Below, piece after piece: positions 16,518 to 16,582 of a stretch of 16,582 nt of DNA. Under the pieces are notes generated by a model that was not told the origin of the DNA, did no database searches, and was given only the letters and a program-made list of their open reading frames with translations. Source of the stretch: a bacterium (GTDB lineage Bacteria; Hinthialibacterota; Hinthialibacteria; Hinthialibacterales; Hinthialibacteraceae); NCBI GenBank assembly GCA_041946805.1, contig JBHGBC010000136.1, positions 1 to 16,582 on the forward strand. Reading direction: 5' to 3'. The first letter of the stretch is position 1, and each line of letters starts with the position of its first letter. Both the position numbers and the translations under genes were made by a program.

Positions 16518-16552
16518 TCCTCTTCCTCTGGGAGAGGATTAGGGTGAGGGAA
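16518..16552. repeat. BoxC-like extragenic palindrome, copy 2
   Basis: TCCTCTTCC-TCT-GGGAGAGGA-TTAGGGTGAGGGAA; 31/35 identical to 5526-5560. Confidence 0.8.
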
Positions 16553-16565
16553 GCCCTGAAAGGGC
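16553..16565. repeat. short REP-like hairpin GCCCT-GAA-AGGGC
   Basis: Perfect 5-bp GC stem directly abutting the BoxC-like copy. Confidence 0.55.
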
Positions 16566-16582
16566 GAAATTCATCCTATCTC

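Overview
A GC-rich bacterial chromosomal window of metabolism, transport and secreted-protein genes. From left to right: the 3' part of a probable pilin/pseudopilin-like gene; a lone galT; an APC amino-acid permease converging on dedA; two tandem paralogous secreted CBM9/DOMON-like proteins, each with its own sigma70-type promoter and an identical 26-bp terminator hairpin; a translationally coupled FG-GAP/ASPIC-UnbV (CRTAC1-like) plus TPR gene pair; an AT-rich insert of about 1.4 kb carrying one SDH-type ClpP-fold serine protease; a POT/PTR peptide transporter divergent from an SSS (SLC5) sugar symporter; and a Tat-exported uncharacterised enzyme-like protein. The intergenic DNA holds many palindromic repeats. 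Best leads: (1) a conserved terminal T-x-V-L-D-W-x-[LI]-Q motif on both secreted paralogs, which may be an undescribed C-terminal sorting signal; (2) a 201-bp non-coding element bounded by perfect 16-bp inverted repeats and containing three different nested hairpin repeats; (3) the solitary low-GC protease islet. I saw no rRNA, tRNA, CRISPR array, integrase or transposase. All family calls come from motif recognition, not database searches.
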